Positions 11,506-25,859 of a stretch of DNA of 52,279 bases are shown piece after piece. The stretch lies in the NCBI RefSeq assembly GCF_001194135.2, contig NC_068989.1, forward strand, positions 16,621,803 to 16,674,081, read 5' to 3'. The translations under genes and the position numbers were made by a program. Below the pieces are notes generated by a model. It saw nothing but the letters and a program-made list of their open reading frames with translations. It was not told the DNA's origin and ran no database searches. Numbering within the stretch: position 1 is the first letter of the stretch; each line of letters opens with the position of its first letter. This DNA is from Octopus bimaculoides (taxonomy: Eukaryota).

Positions 11506-11572
<67 letters not shown>
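11440..11572. repeat. Perfect 74-bp AT-rich palindrome (11440-11513) centred on (AT)n, followed by about 60 bp of (AT)n
   Basis: TATAATTTAATAATTTAGTCTAAATTAA-(TA)n-TTAATTTAGACTAAATTATTAAATTATA; the arms were checked by pairing positions. Confidence 0.95.
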
Positions 11573-11575
<3 letters not shown>

Positions 11576-11941
11576 GACCAATAAAACTGTGTACTTATCT
11601 TTAAATCTAGAAATAAAAATCTACATCCTATAGAGATTTCTAAGAATCGTATTCCACTCCCCTTACAGCAGCAATCCCTGCTGTTAAATTCCAAAAAAGT
11701 GATTCCTGAACGCGATCGCTCGACTGATAGAATGGGTAGCCATATCTTTCTCTCAAATCACATCCTACAGTATTGAAAGTAAGGCTGCATTAAACTATGT
11801 AGTCCTCAATGATTACACACCATCTGGGTGGGAAATGGAAGAATCTTCATTGCTGATAGGCCTGATACTAGATCATGGTTGACTTAAGCATGTGGATGTG
11901 CATAGTATGATTTTCTACAGGGCGAAGAAGAAGGAACGAGA

Positions 11942-12460
11942 TTAAGTTGATGCAGAAAATATTTCCGTGTTTTTCTGGGGTTTTTTAAAAATACATTTTA
12001 AACTTTAAGGTTTATTTTAGAATAAACTTTTGTGTATATTATACACTATTTCGAAATGCAAATTTATCTATTGATTTATGTCAGATTAAAGCTGAATAAA
12101 AAGCAAATTCGAGCTTCTTTTTGTACGAAATTAAAATAGGCAGCAAAATAGCAGAAACTATTGACAATATCAACCGAATATTTGGCCAGGGGACCGACGA
12201 CGAACGTCCAGCTCAACATTGATTCCAAAAATTTCGTAGAGGAGTTGAGAGCTTTGAAGAGGAGGGGAGTTGCGAGCGACTTTCTGCCACTCACTACGAC
12301 CAATTGAGGTCCAGTATTGAAGTGGACCCACACAAAACGACTCGGAAAATTGCAAAACAACTAAACCTTAACCATTCGACAGTTGTTCGACATTTGCACC
12401 ACATTTGAAAGCCAAATAAAGAAAAGATTCGACAAAAGGATGCCGCTTGAGCTATAGGAC
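11942..12460 (+). pseudogene. Mariner (Hsmar1-like) 5' fragment: left TIR plus N-terminal transposase
   Basis: TTAAGTTGATGCAGAAAATATTTCCG resembles the Hsmar1 TIR; translation LNKKQIRA...AET.DNINRIFGQGT...DQLRSSIEVDPHKTTRKIAKQLNLNHSTVVRHL. Confidence 0.88.
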
Positions 12461-13210
12461 AAAGCCCAATGAATTACACCACCCATAGGGTTGTCGTATT
12501 AGAACTTTCAGCAAAACAACAATTTCATCCATCTGTAGCCCAATATAATGAGAAAATTCTCAAAGATCGTGTTAATCCTCACCGCACGAAAAGGACACAT
12601 TATATTTCTGGTAAAAATCTTCAGTTTTGTTAAAAGTACAACATAACTCCATCGTCACACATGACCAATTTCATCATTAAGTTATCATTTTTTTGTTGTT
12701 CAGGAGATCAAGATCCAAGGTGTATAAGAGAGCCTATTGTTGTAGTTACATGTTTTGATCTAAAAGATTTGGTAAGTAGTCACCCTCAGTGTTAGAAGTT
12801 TGGCCACAACAATGATGACGCCCACCTCATGGATCTGTATAAAAATGGGTTTAAAAGATGCTGATAATTTCTAGTAGGTCTGAGAATGTCGACTCACCAT
12901 GAATTGTTGCAAATCTAAAGCCCATTCAAATTGATTAAATGTGCAAACAAACGTGTAACCTAAAATTAAACTTTTCCTCTTACATTTAAAAAAAAATATT
13001 TTCTGGGAAAACTGATTTTTCAGAACACTTTACTTAATTTGCATCAATGCTTAAAATGAACTATTTTTCTCGTCAATAACCTTTTCCAATGTCTACTGCA
13101 CTGCTTGGAGGTTTTAGTATTTTTGTTAAGATTCAGAAAAAGTCCTAGGCAAAATTTCCGTTACCTCGGAAATTTGGTGCAAAACTATGATCTACAACTT
13201 CATTTTTGTA

Positions 13211-13424
13211 TATTGGTTTCAAATTTTGGCACTAGACCAAAACTTTTAGGGGACCAAGTCGATTCCATCGATCCCATTGTTAAACTGGTACTTATTTTAT
13301 CGACCTTTAAAGGATGAAAAGTAAAGTCGACCCCGGCGACTTTTGAACCCAGAACTTAAAGACGGATGGAATGCCGCTAAGTATTTTACTTGTCGTGCTA
13401 ACGGTTTTGCCAGCTCGCCGCCTT
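13211..13424 (-). mobile_element. SINE family B, full length
   Basis: Reverse complement starts AAGGCGGCGAGCTGGCAAAACCGTTAGCAC and ends ...GTGCCAAAATTTGAAACCAATA. Confidence 0.88.
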
Positions 13425-13450
13425 AAATTCACTTTCATTTATTATGACGT

Positions 13451-13650
13451 CAGGCGGGCAAACTGGCAGAATCGAGAGCGCGTCGTACAAAATGCTTTGC
13501 AGTATTTCTTCTGGCTCTTTACGTTCGTTCTGTGTTCATATTCTACCTCGGTCAACTTTGCCTTTGTTCCCTTTGAGGTTGATAGAATAAAGTACTAGGC
13601 TCGATGTAATCGACAAGTTACTGACCTTGATACAAAATTTGAAACCATAT
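13451..13650 (+). mobile_element. SINE family B, degenerate, head-to-head with 13211-13424
   Basis: CAGGCGGGCAAACTGGCAGAATCG...GTCAACTTTGCCTTTG...CAAAATTTGAAACCATAT. Confidence 0.8.
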
Positions 13651-13796
13651 ATTAAGATGCATGTTTGCAGAATAAAACTAGGGTTAAAAATAACTTAGTT
13701 TTCTTTACAGAGAAGAAAAACCTGTCAGACGATTTAAGTAGGATGAATTAAAGGAAAGATAAGCAATGCCATAAAAAGTCAAGTCATTTGGCGGCT

Positions 13797-13955
13797 GTTG
13801 CTGTTTACCCCTAACCAACAACGTTCCAGTCAGCCTTAAGCCACCCAATCTTTTATTTGTCCTGTAATCCGGTGCATAATCCACTGGGTGTGATTTGAGG
13901 GAAGTTTAGCTGTTATTTCTAGTAGGTGGAACTACTGCACAGGAGAGTATCCAGC
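13797..13955 (-). mobile_element. Short interspersed element family C (signature GCTAGAAATA(A/G)CAGCCAAAT, AAC-like tail)
   Basis: The signature recurs more than ten times in the window. Other copies: 16567-16830 (-), 17710-17905 (-), 21670-21880 (+), 23655-23810 (+), 40760-40900 (+), 41073-41281 (+), 44955-45116 (+). SINE status is inferred from the tail only. Confidence 0.65.
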
Positions 13956-13993
13956 TGTAAAAATATATGAATTCTGGAATGTTTTTATGGTAG

Positions 13994-14395
13994 AGATGGA
14001 CTATATGTAATCTGAACCTTTCCCCCCCTTATTTATTAATTTTTTTTTTTTACGGAATCCCACGTTTTAGGCTATGGAGATTCCGATTCTGAAAAAAATT
14101 TTTTGAAAAATTTCAATTCCCCCCACCCCCCACCAAGCAGGCTATTTACATGCTAGAAATAACAGCCAAATCTCACAAAACTAGTGTTAGGGTTAGGGTT
14201 AGGGTTTGAGTTAGGGTTAGGTTTACCCTGTGGATCTATATAAAAACCGGGGGGGGGGAATCGAAATTTTGAAATTGAGATTTTTGAAAATCTTTTTTCA
14301 GAATCGGAATCTCCATAGCCTAAAACGTGGGATTCCGTAAAAAAAAGAATAAATAAAACAAGGGGGGAAAGGTTCAGATTACATATAGTCCATCT
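13994..14395. mobile_element. Fold-back/MITE-like element, about 400 bp, with TIRs of about 130 bp and a central (TTAGGG)n-like tract
   Basis: Left arm AGATGGACTATATGTAATCTGAACCTTTCCCC...TACGGAATCCCACGTTTTAGGCTATGGAGATTCCGATTCTGAAAAAA is mirrored at about 14250-14395; TTAGGG repeats at about 14187-14222. TSD not resolved. Confidence 0.85.
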
Positions 14396-15236
14396 GGACC
14401 GATTTTATTTCCTCGTTATGATCAGATTCAACACTTCGAATTAGATAGAATGTCGATAATATTCACGCGAATTCTCCCTTTGCTCCTCGTCTTTATTTGT
14501 GCGTGCTGTTGTTTATTTAGATCAATCATCTTTATTGAACATGCTCAAAACCAAAGACGTTCTATTCGCGACTAAACCTTCTAATAATCAATTATAGTTA
14601 TCCAGGAACTAAATTTGTGTTCGTTTTTAACGACTTCGTCAAATGAGTGTTAAACAGCCTAACCCACTTTGCTATTAATAGTTATAGCTAGAGTGTAAAT
14701 AATCGTTCTTGGTCGCAGTAGCACTGTGAAATTGATGAGTGTATCTCTATACTGAACTCAAGCTGAACAGGTTCTTAGATACATGCTGAGCAGGCTGTCT
14801 TCAGTGACGCTTCAATGACACTTCATGTGAAAAATAGCAGCAACATTTCTTTTAAAATTACTCCTACCTTCGAAGGATGGGAACTCAGATGGGATGGTCG
14901 TGGTTAGAATGATAGTCTAAACAGCAACAGCTTTTTTTAACATTCATTTTATCTTATTTTTTCAACTTAGATATTCATGTTAATCAAGATAAGATGCGGG
15001 TAAGTAGCTGGTGGTGGTGGTGGTGGCGGAGGGACAAGTACTTGAAAAGCAACCGAGAGTAAGAGATAAGTGTAAAAAATAGAGAAGCGGAAGAAGGTAA
15101 GCCTACGAAGAACCGTAGGTAATGGAGGTGGGGGGAGGTAATAATTAGGAGATGCTGGCGGAGCGGTCGACTTGGTTGGGAGGGGTTGGTTTCGAACATA
15201 TCGTGGACGAATGAGAAAGTATGGGTGAAATATAAT

Positions 15237-15395
15237 ATTGGCTGAGTTTTAAAAGCAAGATTTGCCTACAAATAAATCAGAGGGAATGGGAGAGAGAATT
15301 TCATGAAGCGGTACAAGAGAGGGGGAGATATGTATGAGAGAAGAGGGGAAAACTTCTCCACTATAAAACGGAGTGTTTTCGGCACCAGCAGTTAC
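15237..15395 (+). promoter_or_regulatory. Putative core promoter of alpha-tubulin gene A: reverse CCAAT (ATTGG 15237-15241), TATA box (TATAAAA 15362-15368), TSS about 15390
   Basis: Canonical TATAAAA followed about 25 nt later by an Inr-like CAGTT, then an ATG-free leader of about 130 nt ending at ATG|GTAAGT. Confidence 0.7.
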
Positions 15396-15523
15396 AAGCA
15401 GCTTCGCCCTCACGAAAGATACCTCATATCTGTGTGAGCGCCGTCTGCCGTGGTATTTCCCCACAAAAAACAAAAATCTCTTCGAATTTCTTTTACTTCA
15501 ACTGAAAACACATCAGACCCATC

Positions 15524-15526
15524 ATG
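15524..15526 (+). CDS. TUBA: Alpha-tubulin gene A exon 1 coding part (initiator ATG only); intron 1 = 15527-24122
   Basis: CCATC ATG|GTAAGT consensus donor. Exon 2 begins AGG GAA TGT, so a 3-nt phase-0 upstream exon is required to give MREC; an intron right after ATG is a known animal alpha-tubulin feature. Confidence 0.8.
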
Positions 15527-18500
15527 GTAAGTTAATTATGTAACAATTAAGTAACAATGTGTGACAATTTATTATGCAACAATTATTTTGTAGGGATTAA
15601 TGATTTCTGACGGATATATTGCTTTTAATTTCTTCATTAGTTTTGACACTTCTACGATGCAGCTAATCTTTACTTCTCATCTCCGCAATTAAGATTTATT
15701 GACAGTAATAGCTTCAATGTAGACGCTTATCCCAAAGGTTACCCATTTGCTTCACCCTCCCTCACCCCAAATATTACCATTGTGTACTGCTGAAATCTAT
15801 CTAGCCCCGAATATTTAATTTCGTTGTGAATTCCTCCATTTTTTTTTTTTTTTTTTTTTTTTTATCGCCGTGAAGTTGATAAAATAAGTGCCAGGTACGT
15901 ACTGGTATCGATTTAATCGATCATGTCCTCCCTCCCAGTTTGCAAAATTGTGAATTTGTAGTAAAGTTTAAAATTTCGTCTGTATTGTGTCGATCCTTAT
16001 GAATAGAGTGGAAAATTATTTAGTGCGCATAAAAGTACAAAATGAAGCATCGCAGGTTATAATCAAAAAAGTAAGAAAAAAATTTGGGGTTTTGTTTTGT
16101 TTCCCTTNNNNNNNNNNNNNNNNNNNNNNNNNNNNNNNNNNNNNNNNNNNNNNNNNNNNNNNNNNNNNNNNNNNNNNNNNNNNNNNNNNNNNNNNNNNNN
16201 NNNNNNNNNNNNNNNNNNNNNNNNNNNNNNNNNNNNNNNNNNNNNNNNNNNNNNNNNNNNNNNNNNNNNNNNNNNNNNNNNNNNNNNNNNNNNNNNNNNN
16301 NNNNNNNNNNNNNNNNNNNNNNNNNNNNNNNNNNNNNNNNNNNNNNNNNNNNNNNNNNNNNNNNNNNNNNNNNNNNNNNNNNNNNNNNNNNNNNNNNNNN
16401 NNNNNNNNNNNNNNNNNNNNNNNNNNNNNNNNNNNNNNNNNNNNNNNNNNNNNNNNNNNNNNNNNNNNNNNNNNNNNNNNNTTTCTCTTTTTCACTTGTC
16501 GACGTGATGCCAAACGTGCCCATCTAGTCGATTCAATTCAACCGAGGTCTAGTCAAGTGAAATCAGCTGTTTAATCCCAGATAATCCCTGATAGCAGACG
16601 TATTTCTGAAGGTGTTTCAGCTGTAACCTCAATGCCTTTCCAAAAGTAAAATACGCTAATTTTGAAGCAGACATTGGTGCGACTGAAAAGTGTAGCATAG
16701 TTCATTAATGAACTTGCACTGCAAAACTATATGCAAATTATTGTTGACTAAAAAAAAAAAAAAAATAACCTTTTTAAAGTGATTTGGCTGCTATTTCTAG
16801 CAAGTGAAAGAGCACGTAGAGAAGCTCCATACCAGCAAATTTCTGGATCAATGTGGATTTCCAATCGAGAGCATCCTGCTTTTTCAGCGCATCTAGTGTG
16901 TCCCTATTTATTTTAAGACAATAGAATATAGACCAGATTTAGTTGAGGAGTCGTGTTAAGTCCATTATTTTACTTCACTGGTGTCATTACAGACGGTTGC
17001 GAGCGAAATGTGTCAACCGTCGCAGGCAGTTTGCTTAGCCCAACTCTCTCAGGCACTGCGTATTTTAGTAGTAGTTTGCGTTATGCATCTCTGAATTTTC
17101 AATACAGTTGGGTTTAATTGACTGCTATTTCTAGCAGGATGAGCGACGAGCTAGCTTTCAAAATCGGTTGGTAATGACTATATAATCTGTCTAGTAGTGA
17201 TAGTGGTTATCCATCATTAGGAATTCTATACATATATTGATGAGTAATAAAGTCCATCCTTCTTTACCACCACCACCACCTACCCTCTACTTGTTGGTAA
17301 TTTTGAGGAAAAGAATCTTTATATTCAAAGCTAAGCCCAAGATTTTTTTTCTTTTAAGATGTGCACTAAAAAAAAAGAAATTCTTATCGAGTCGACGAGG
17401 CGTTCATAATGAAGCCACTCGGCTTGCTAGAAACAACAACCTAATCTACCTCGTATTACACCTACTCTTTTAGTAAAGAATTTTTGATGGTTGTGGCTGG
17501 AATACAATAATCACAGGCCTGGGCGACCACAGTTAACTTGCTTAAAATTCTGAACTTCCCTAACGAGTCTGGAATAAATTTTTGTCTTTTGAAATCAATT
17601 TCTTCGTACATTATGCAAAATAAAATTTCCACAAGTAATTCTATTATAACCAAAATACTTTATTCTTACTGGATTCATAAATTTTTAGATCACTGGTGCA
17701 AATGCATATATTGTAGTTCAGGCCCACTCCAGAACTGGTCGATCAGACTTATGATCAAGTCATTCCAACCATACCCGTCTTGATTTATGTGTTATATTGT
17801 TCAGTATATCTTTCCTTCGATTTTAAAGTAGGTAGGGTGAGGGCGTGATTTTAGGAAGATTTGACTGCTATTTCTAACAATTCGAACGACAGTGTAAAAG
17901 ATACGTCACCTAAGTGTTTACGTGGAGAAATGTACATTTTCAAAATAGGATCGCTTAAAAAGTTGCGGCGAGGGGAACAGGCAAAGGAAAAAAGAACTTG
18001 CGACTGATTATTAAAATGGATGTTAGTAAAAGAAACCAAGAATATTTAGACATTTTTTTAATCTTTTCTCCATCAAATTTTGTTTTATAGCCATCTGTTT
18101 TATTGCATTCTATTCTTTTATTTCCTGCCTGAAAACTAAACTTTAAATACAAAAGTATTTGAGAAACAGAAGAAAAACTAGGAGCGGTGACAACTGTTTG
18201 ATTTAACAAATTCAAATCAAATCAAAATACAGTTTTATCTAAATTCATTGTTTAGAGTAAGGTCAACACACACCTACATCATATTCCCACATTTTAAATA
18301 GTCTTTGTGTGACAGTATGAGCCACGCATACTCTCGTGTGTGTATGTGATGAATGTGTTAGGGTTTTGTTTAGTGCGCGTAATAAATGAAAATCTATGTT
18401 CTGATCTTTAATAGATAATATGGGAGTGTATCTCTCTACAAGCATAATTGAAAGTGTGTGGATTATTATTTATTCATACGTATAGATATGTACACAGTAC

Positions 18501-18907
18501 TTGAAAATGTCATGTCAGTCTATATAAAAGGGTGTGTTGTTCTGTTGTATATTACAAACACGCACATTTAGGAATGTGTACGAAATATGACGATTAGGAT
18601 TTATAATATGAGCACATTAAGCATAACCCTGACTAACATTAAATCTGATACTGCCAAAAAAAAAAAAAAACTACATAAAGACCCAGCAACGGAACTAATA
18701 TATGTCTACTTTTCATATCAAATTTTGTTTTTAAGCCAGTTATGTTACATATATCGTATTGGTGGAGCTTTCTGCTATAAGTGTGTTGAGGAGGATATAT
18801 CGTTTGACAAGTAACCGGTTATATCTGAGATAGAACGTCATAGAAATCTGTAAGGGAATAGGTATTACAACTTATAAACGAGTGCGTAGTCACAAACAGC
18901 TGTGAAA

Positions 18908-18921
18908 GCTATATATATATA

Positions 18922-19004
<83 letters not shown>
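18908..19004. repeat. Compound (TA)n/(CA)n microsatellite running into a gap; many similar (AT)n, (CA)n and (ATAC)n tracts occur window-wide
   Basis: Directly visible. Confidence 0.95.
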
Positions 19005-19941
19005 NNNNNNNNNNNNNNNNNNNNNNNNNNNNNNNNNNNNNNNNNNNNNNNNNNNNNNNNNNNNNNNNNNNNNNNNNNNNNNNNNNNNNNNNNNNNNNNN
19101 NNNNNNNNNNNNNNNNNNNNNNNNNNNNNNNNNNNNNNNNNNNNNNNNNNNNNNNNNNNNNNNNNNNNNNNNNNNNNNNNNNNNNNNNNNNNNNNNNNNN
19201 NNNNNNNNNNNNNNNNNNNNNNNNNNNNNNNNNNNNNNNNNNNNNNNNNNNNNNNNNNNNNNNNNNNNNNNNNNNNNNNNNNNNNNNNNNNNNNNNNNNN
19301 NNNNNNNNNNNNNNNNNNNNNNNNNNNNNNNNNNNNNNNNNNNNNNNNNNNNNNNNNNNNNNNNNNNNNNNNNNNNNNNNNNNNNNNNNNNNNNNNNNNN
19401 NNNNNNNNNNNNNNNNNNNNNNNNNNNNNNNNNNNNNNNNNNNNNNNNNNNNNNNNNNNNNNNNNNNNNNNNNNNNNNNNNNNNNNNNNNNNNNNNNNNN
19501 NNNNNNNNNNNNNNNNNNNNNNNNNNNNNNNNNNNNNNNNNNNNNNNNNNNNNNNNNNNNNNNNNNNNNNNNNNNNNNNNNNNNNNNNNNNNNNNNNNNN
19601 NNNNNNNNNNNNNNNNNNNNNNNNNNNNNNNNNNNNNNNNNNNNNNNNNNNNNNNNNNNNNNNNNNNNNNNNNNNNNNNNNNNNNNNNNNNNNNNNNNNN
19701 NNNNNNNNNNNNNNNNNNNNNNNNNNNNNNNNNNNNNNNNNNNNNNNNNNNNNNNNNNNAGAGAATTCGCTTCCACGTATGAGTCATTTGCATCCAATAT
19801 GTATTCCTCGCTGCTTAGTCTTAGATTTAATCTTCAACAAATGAGAATTTTAATGTAATTTGCCTTAATTTTTCTCTTTTTCTTTTTTTTTTTTTTACTA
19901 ATTTTTGTTCATGTTGCCACGTGATTAATATCAAGTGATCT

Positions 19942-20162
19942 AAGGCGGTGAGCTGGCAGAATCGTTAGCAGGCCGGGCAAAATGCTTATTCACATTTTCG
20001 TCTGTCTACGTTCTGAGTTCAAGTTCTGCAAAGGTTGACGTTGCCTTTCATCTTTTCGGGATCGATAAAATAAAAAGTACCAGACGAACACTGGGGTCGG
20101 TGTAATATACTTATTCCCCCACCCCAAATTGCTGGCCTTGTGCCAAAATTAGAAACTAGTAT
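19942..20162 (+). mobile_element. SINE family B in intron 1 of gene A
   Basis: AAGGCGGTGAGCTGGCAGAATCGTTAGC...GCCTTTCATCTTTTCGGG...GCCTTGTGCCAAAATTAGAAAC. Confidence 0.88.
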
Positions 20163-22664
20163 TAAGTGACTTATGTTGATCCAAACGAGTGAACTTTTAT
20201 GTGGTTATTAAAACCTATTAGAAACAGTAACCAAATATCTAGTGTGTTTCCACTTATTTCTCAAATTTTAAGGTGTCTTCTACCGCACCTGCGGTTACTG
20301 TAGATGACACTTGTCTAAAGTAACCGCGCAGTGTAATCGAACTCCAGTCCACGTTATTGCGAAGAGAGCTATTTAACTATACAGGCATGTCCGTTTTGTT
20401 ATATGTAATCTTGCATAACTTCTCACTCACTGTTCACTTAACCCAAACCTTGGGTCGATATTAGCAAAACTCTGAGGTATTATCTGTGATATTAAAACAC
20501 GCGTACACACACTTTAATATAGCAATACATATGCGCGTATATCTGTAAAATGTTTAATATAGTTTCTCAAAGCTGACACGTATCAAGATTTTGTAGCATT
20601 TGAGATTTTTTCTTAATCCTCTTTCCATACATCCCTATCTACACATTCAGTTTTTCAGTACCATCTCCGCCTTCTATTGAATTATGACGAACCAGTTGTT
20701 ACTGCTACATACAGCTGTTGCTACAACTTTTAGGCCTATCCTATAATCATTACCTCGTATAAGTGTTTATAAGTGGCAATTAAGAATCACTCCACATCTA
20801 TGTATTTATTTTAAAGGCTTTATTTATGTCAGTGACACATTACTTTAGAAAGATGAGTAACATTTCAAACATCTGTAGCATCCATGGCAAGAAGAATGCA
20901 ACCTCCACCCCAGTTTAAACTAATTGCTCCAAATAATTTCCTATTTTGACTAAAGCAGTATTTGAACCCTGCACATAAAGACGACATTAGCATCGATCAC
21001 TATTATTACGGTCGTTTTTCATTTTGACCTAATCTTACTGGTCGAAAGACCACTCCTTGGGAACCAATGTCTCAGTTTTGGTATGGTATTCTCTGGCTGA
21101 ATACCCTTCCTAACTCCAGCCATTTTACTGTGTACGAGGTGCTCCCCCCCCCCCNNNNNNNNNNGGTAATTAACACTAATGAATTCGCTTTGTAACTCGC
21201 AAGACTAAAGAGTTCCCTTGACTAGGAGATAGGGTCATTGCTACAAGTAAGGTATTTTAGAAGTTTAATAAGTATGATGAAAGAAGCAGGAATAAGTTTA
21301 CTCATGTGGGAAATCATGGCTATCTTGCATTTTACATGGATGTCAGGGGTGAATAGATGGTGCCCCAAAGAGAAGTAAATATCGTGGTGACGAAATTCAA
21401 GCAACATGTCCAAGGTGGTGAAGGAAAAAAGAACGTGAATACATAAGAATAGAGATGGTGGACAGATATAGGAAGGAGTCGGAGACAATGGGGGATGGAT
21501 GAAATAGCGATACGATGTTGTAATAATTAAATCAGTATAGAAAAGCATATTTTATGATCTTAAAATCATTAACTTTAAAAATATATTAACGACCACTAAA
21601 TTTATTCTGCGCCTCTGTCCAGCAATGAATTTGTGGTCTTCTCTCCGGTCGTATATGCAGAACTATCATCACAAGCTAAAGAAAGAACCTCTGCGTGATT
21701 GCTTGAACTATCAGCCAAATCTCCCACAAATCATCCTACAGTCATTGAAAAGACAAGACACTAAGTAATATAATTTTAGATACACTAATCCGGAAAAAAA
21801 AAAAAAGCCGGATCTTGGCTGAAATGCCTTTTGGTCATAGATCTGCTCTATTGAGATTTACTTAGGGTTAAACAACTTAGATAATTAACATCGTCATCTG
21901 AGAGTCACTCTTTCTCAAAAATGTATTTCCTGTGGGTGTTGGAGGGTCAATTGCCTGAACCGAATGAATTCTAATAATTTATGGATGACGTGACTCAGTC
22001 TGAGTCAGACAAGGCCAGGCCGAGAGGAAGTTATTTCATTTTTTTAATTTTTATTGCACTTGACTCACTGTGAAAAGGAGGTGNNNNNNNNNNNNNNNNN
22101 NNNNNNNNNNNNNNNNNNNNNNNNNNNNNNNNNNNNNNNNNNNNNNNNNNNNNNNNNNNNNNNNNNNNNNNNNNNNNNNNNNNNNNNNNNNNNNNNNNNN
22201 NNNNNNNNNNNNNNNNNNNNNNNNNNNNNNNNNNNNNNNNNNNNNNNNNNNNNNNNNNNNNNNNNNNNNNNNNNNNNNNNNNNNNNNNNNNNNNNNNNNN
22301 NNNNNNNNNNNNNNNNNNNNNNNNNNNNNNNNNNNATATATATATATATATATATATAGTGAGCAATTAGTGAATCATCACTTTCGAACGAATAGACTCT
22401 ATCTACCTACATTACACCCAATGCTGTGTCTTTTATTTTCCTTGATTTCCCAGGTGTTCAGTAAATAAGTTCGTACTCAGCATATTTTAGAGGCACACCT
22501 TCCTCGATCATGGCTGTTTAAAAAAACATGGGTGAAGTTTACATGCCTTAGTAATTTGAATATATTCAGTCCATGAATTGACTCAACGCGTGAGCACGGT
22601 GTATGGCATTAAGGTATAGTATTAGTAATACAGTTGTACTTAAAACCCTTTCTAAGAATATGTA

Positions 22665-22967
22665 AAAACCATGGATTCGGGTTCGGTCTCACTACGTGGC
22701 ACCTTGGGCAAGTGTCGCTACTATAGACCCGGGCTGGCCAAAACCTTGTAAGTAGATTTGATAGATGGAAACTTAAAGAAGCCCGTTGTGTGTGCGCACA
22801 TGTTTGTCTCTACCCACCACACTGTTTAACAACTGGTATAAATTAGTTTAGGTCAACGTAATATGATGGTGCGACACAAGAGGCCAATTGAATTAAGTAC
22901 CATGTACTGAGTGGTCGATTCGTTCGACAAAAACCCACAAGATGGTGCCCCAATATGACCACAAGTA
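22665..22967 (+). mobile_element. CORE-like SINE (family D) in intron 1 of gene A
   Basis: GGGTTCGGTCTCACTACGTGGCACCTTGGGCAAGTGTC...GGAAACTTAAAGAAGCCCG. Confidence 0.8.
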
Positions 22968-24032
22968 AAAGATTTTAAAAAAACAACCCCAAATACTCTT
23001 GTCTGGGGAAATTGGTGACACTCAAAGTTCGGACTTCACAGCCAATCAAGATTAACAATCATTCATCTCATATATGGTCATTAAATAAAATTAGAACGCT
23101 TATCATGTATATGGCTGATATATTTATATATATATACATATATATAACGTTTACTATTTCAAAATTCGTACTTTTGTAACACGAATTTTAAAGTAACTTT
23201 TCTCGGCAAGCATGCAATACTTGATCTGTATATGGTAATAAAATGCTGCATAGCATTCCAACACTCCTGAAACCAAACATTGAAGCTGATGCTTCCAAAC
23301 TTCAGTGACCTCTCTCTCGCTCGTTCGCACACTCTCTTTCAAAAGTAGCGTTATGAATTTTGGTCATCTTAGATGTAGTGAATGTTACATGGAGGCTTTG
23401 GATGGTAAGGGAGATAACTTCTACACAAATCTAGTAGTTTGGATGTGTGGGTAATTTTATCAATGAAACTTTTATTCGTCTCGTACTTCTAAGAATTTTT
23501 TTCATTTCTGATTTGATATTTTTGCATCTCATATGAGCAATATTCATTACTCTCTCTAGATATCTCGCTTGCGTGTGATAAACTCCGACAGATACTAGAC
23601 AATAGTATCTTGTCTGTACACATCAATTTTATCTCTCTTGACAGTCCATTTACACACCATCGAGTGGAGCCTCTATTTGGTCGATTGTTCTGCTAGAAAT
23701 ATCAGCCAAATATCCCTTGTCACAAAAAAGCGTAGGATATATGCTTAATATATTCTTAGATGGTCCTGACTGCTCCATTAAGGCTGACCTAGACCAAGTA
23801 ACAACACAGCTAATGTATCCGGTGAACCTCAATCATTTTTCTGGGTTTTTTTTTGTGCCGCGGACAAAAAGATCACGCGCATAATAAATCACAATAGGCG
23901 TATGCAATATGATTACCACATCATGATACATACATAGTAGAAAAACATCCAGCCAAGAAAAACATCCAGCCAATAAAAAAAATATATATAAAAAAAAGTT
24001 GATCTGTTTTCTGCAGCTTGGTACCAATGTGA

Positions 24033-24407
<375 letters not shown>

Positions 24408-24425
24408 TAACTTTTGAACAGATGA

Positions 24426-25580
<1,155 letters not shown>

Positions 25581-25616
25581 ATGATTTGAAAACATGTGCA
25601 AGAATGATTGCTTCAA

Positions 25617-25622
25617 AATAAA
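25617..25622 (+). terminator. Candidate polyadenylation signal AATAAA of gene A
   Basis: 36 nt after the stop codon, followed by T-rich sequence; a variant ATTAAA lies near 25681. Confidence 0.6.
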
Positions 25623-25859
25623 GTCACCTTTCAGTTTCAAATGAAATTTTGTTCTTGTTTTAATACACAATGCACCATTAATTAAATTAGCAATTCTATT
25701 CAACTTTTTACTTGTTTAATATTTGGGCTTTAACCATGCTAAAGGATTTTAGTCAACTACACTAAGTTTGGTTGAGTTTACTTATTAGCTATATCTTTGT
25801 ATATAGATGCACACTTGTTCATGTGTGTGCATTTATATATATAAATAGATAGATAGATA

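Noticed and set aside
14187-14222. TTAGGG/CCCTAA runs as true telomere or chromosome-fusion scars (also about 29440-29487 and 33921-33933)
   Set aside because: Short, degenerate and embedded in the centre of TIR elements.
23402-23410. ATG|GTAAGG as a nearer first exon for gene A
   Set aside because: Several other ATGs lie within 40 nt upstream and there is no TATA/CCAAT context; the 15524 candidate is much stronger. Not excluded without RNA data.
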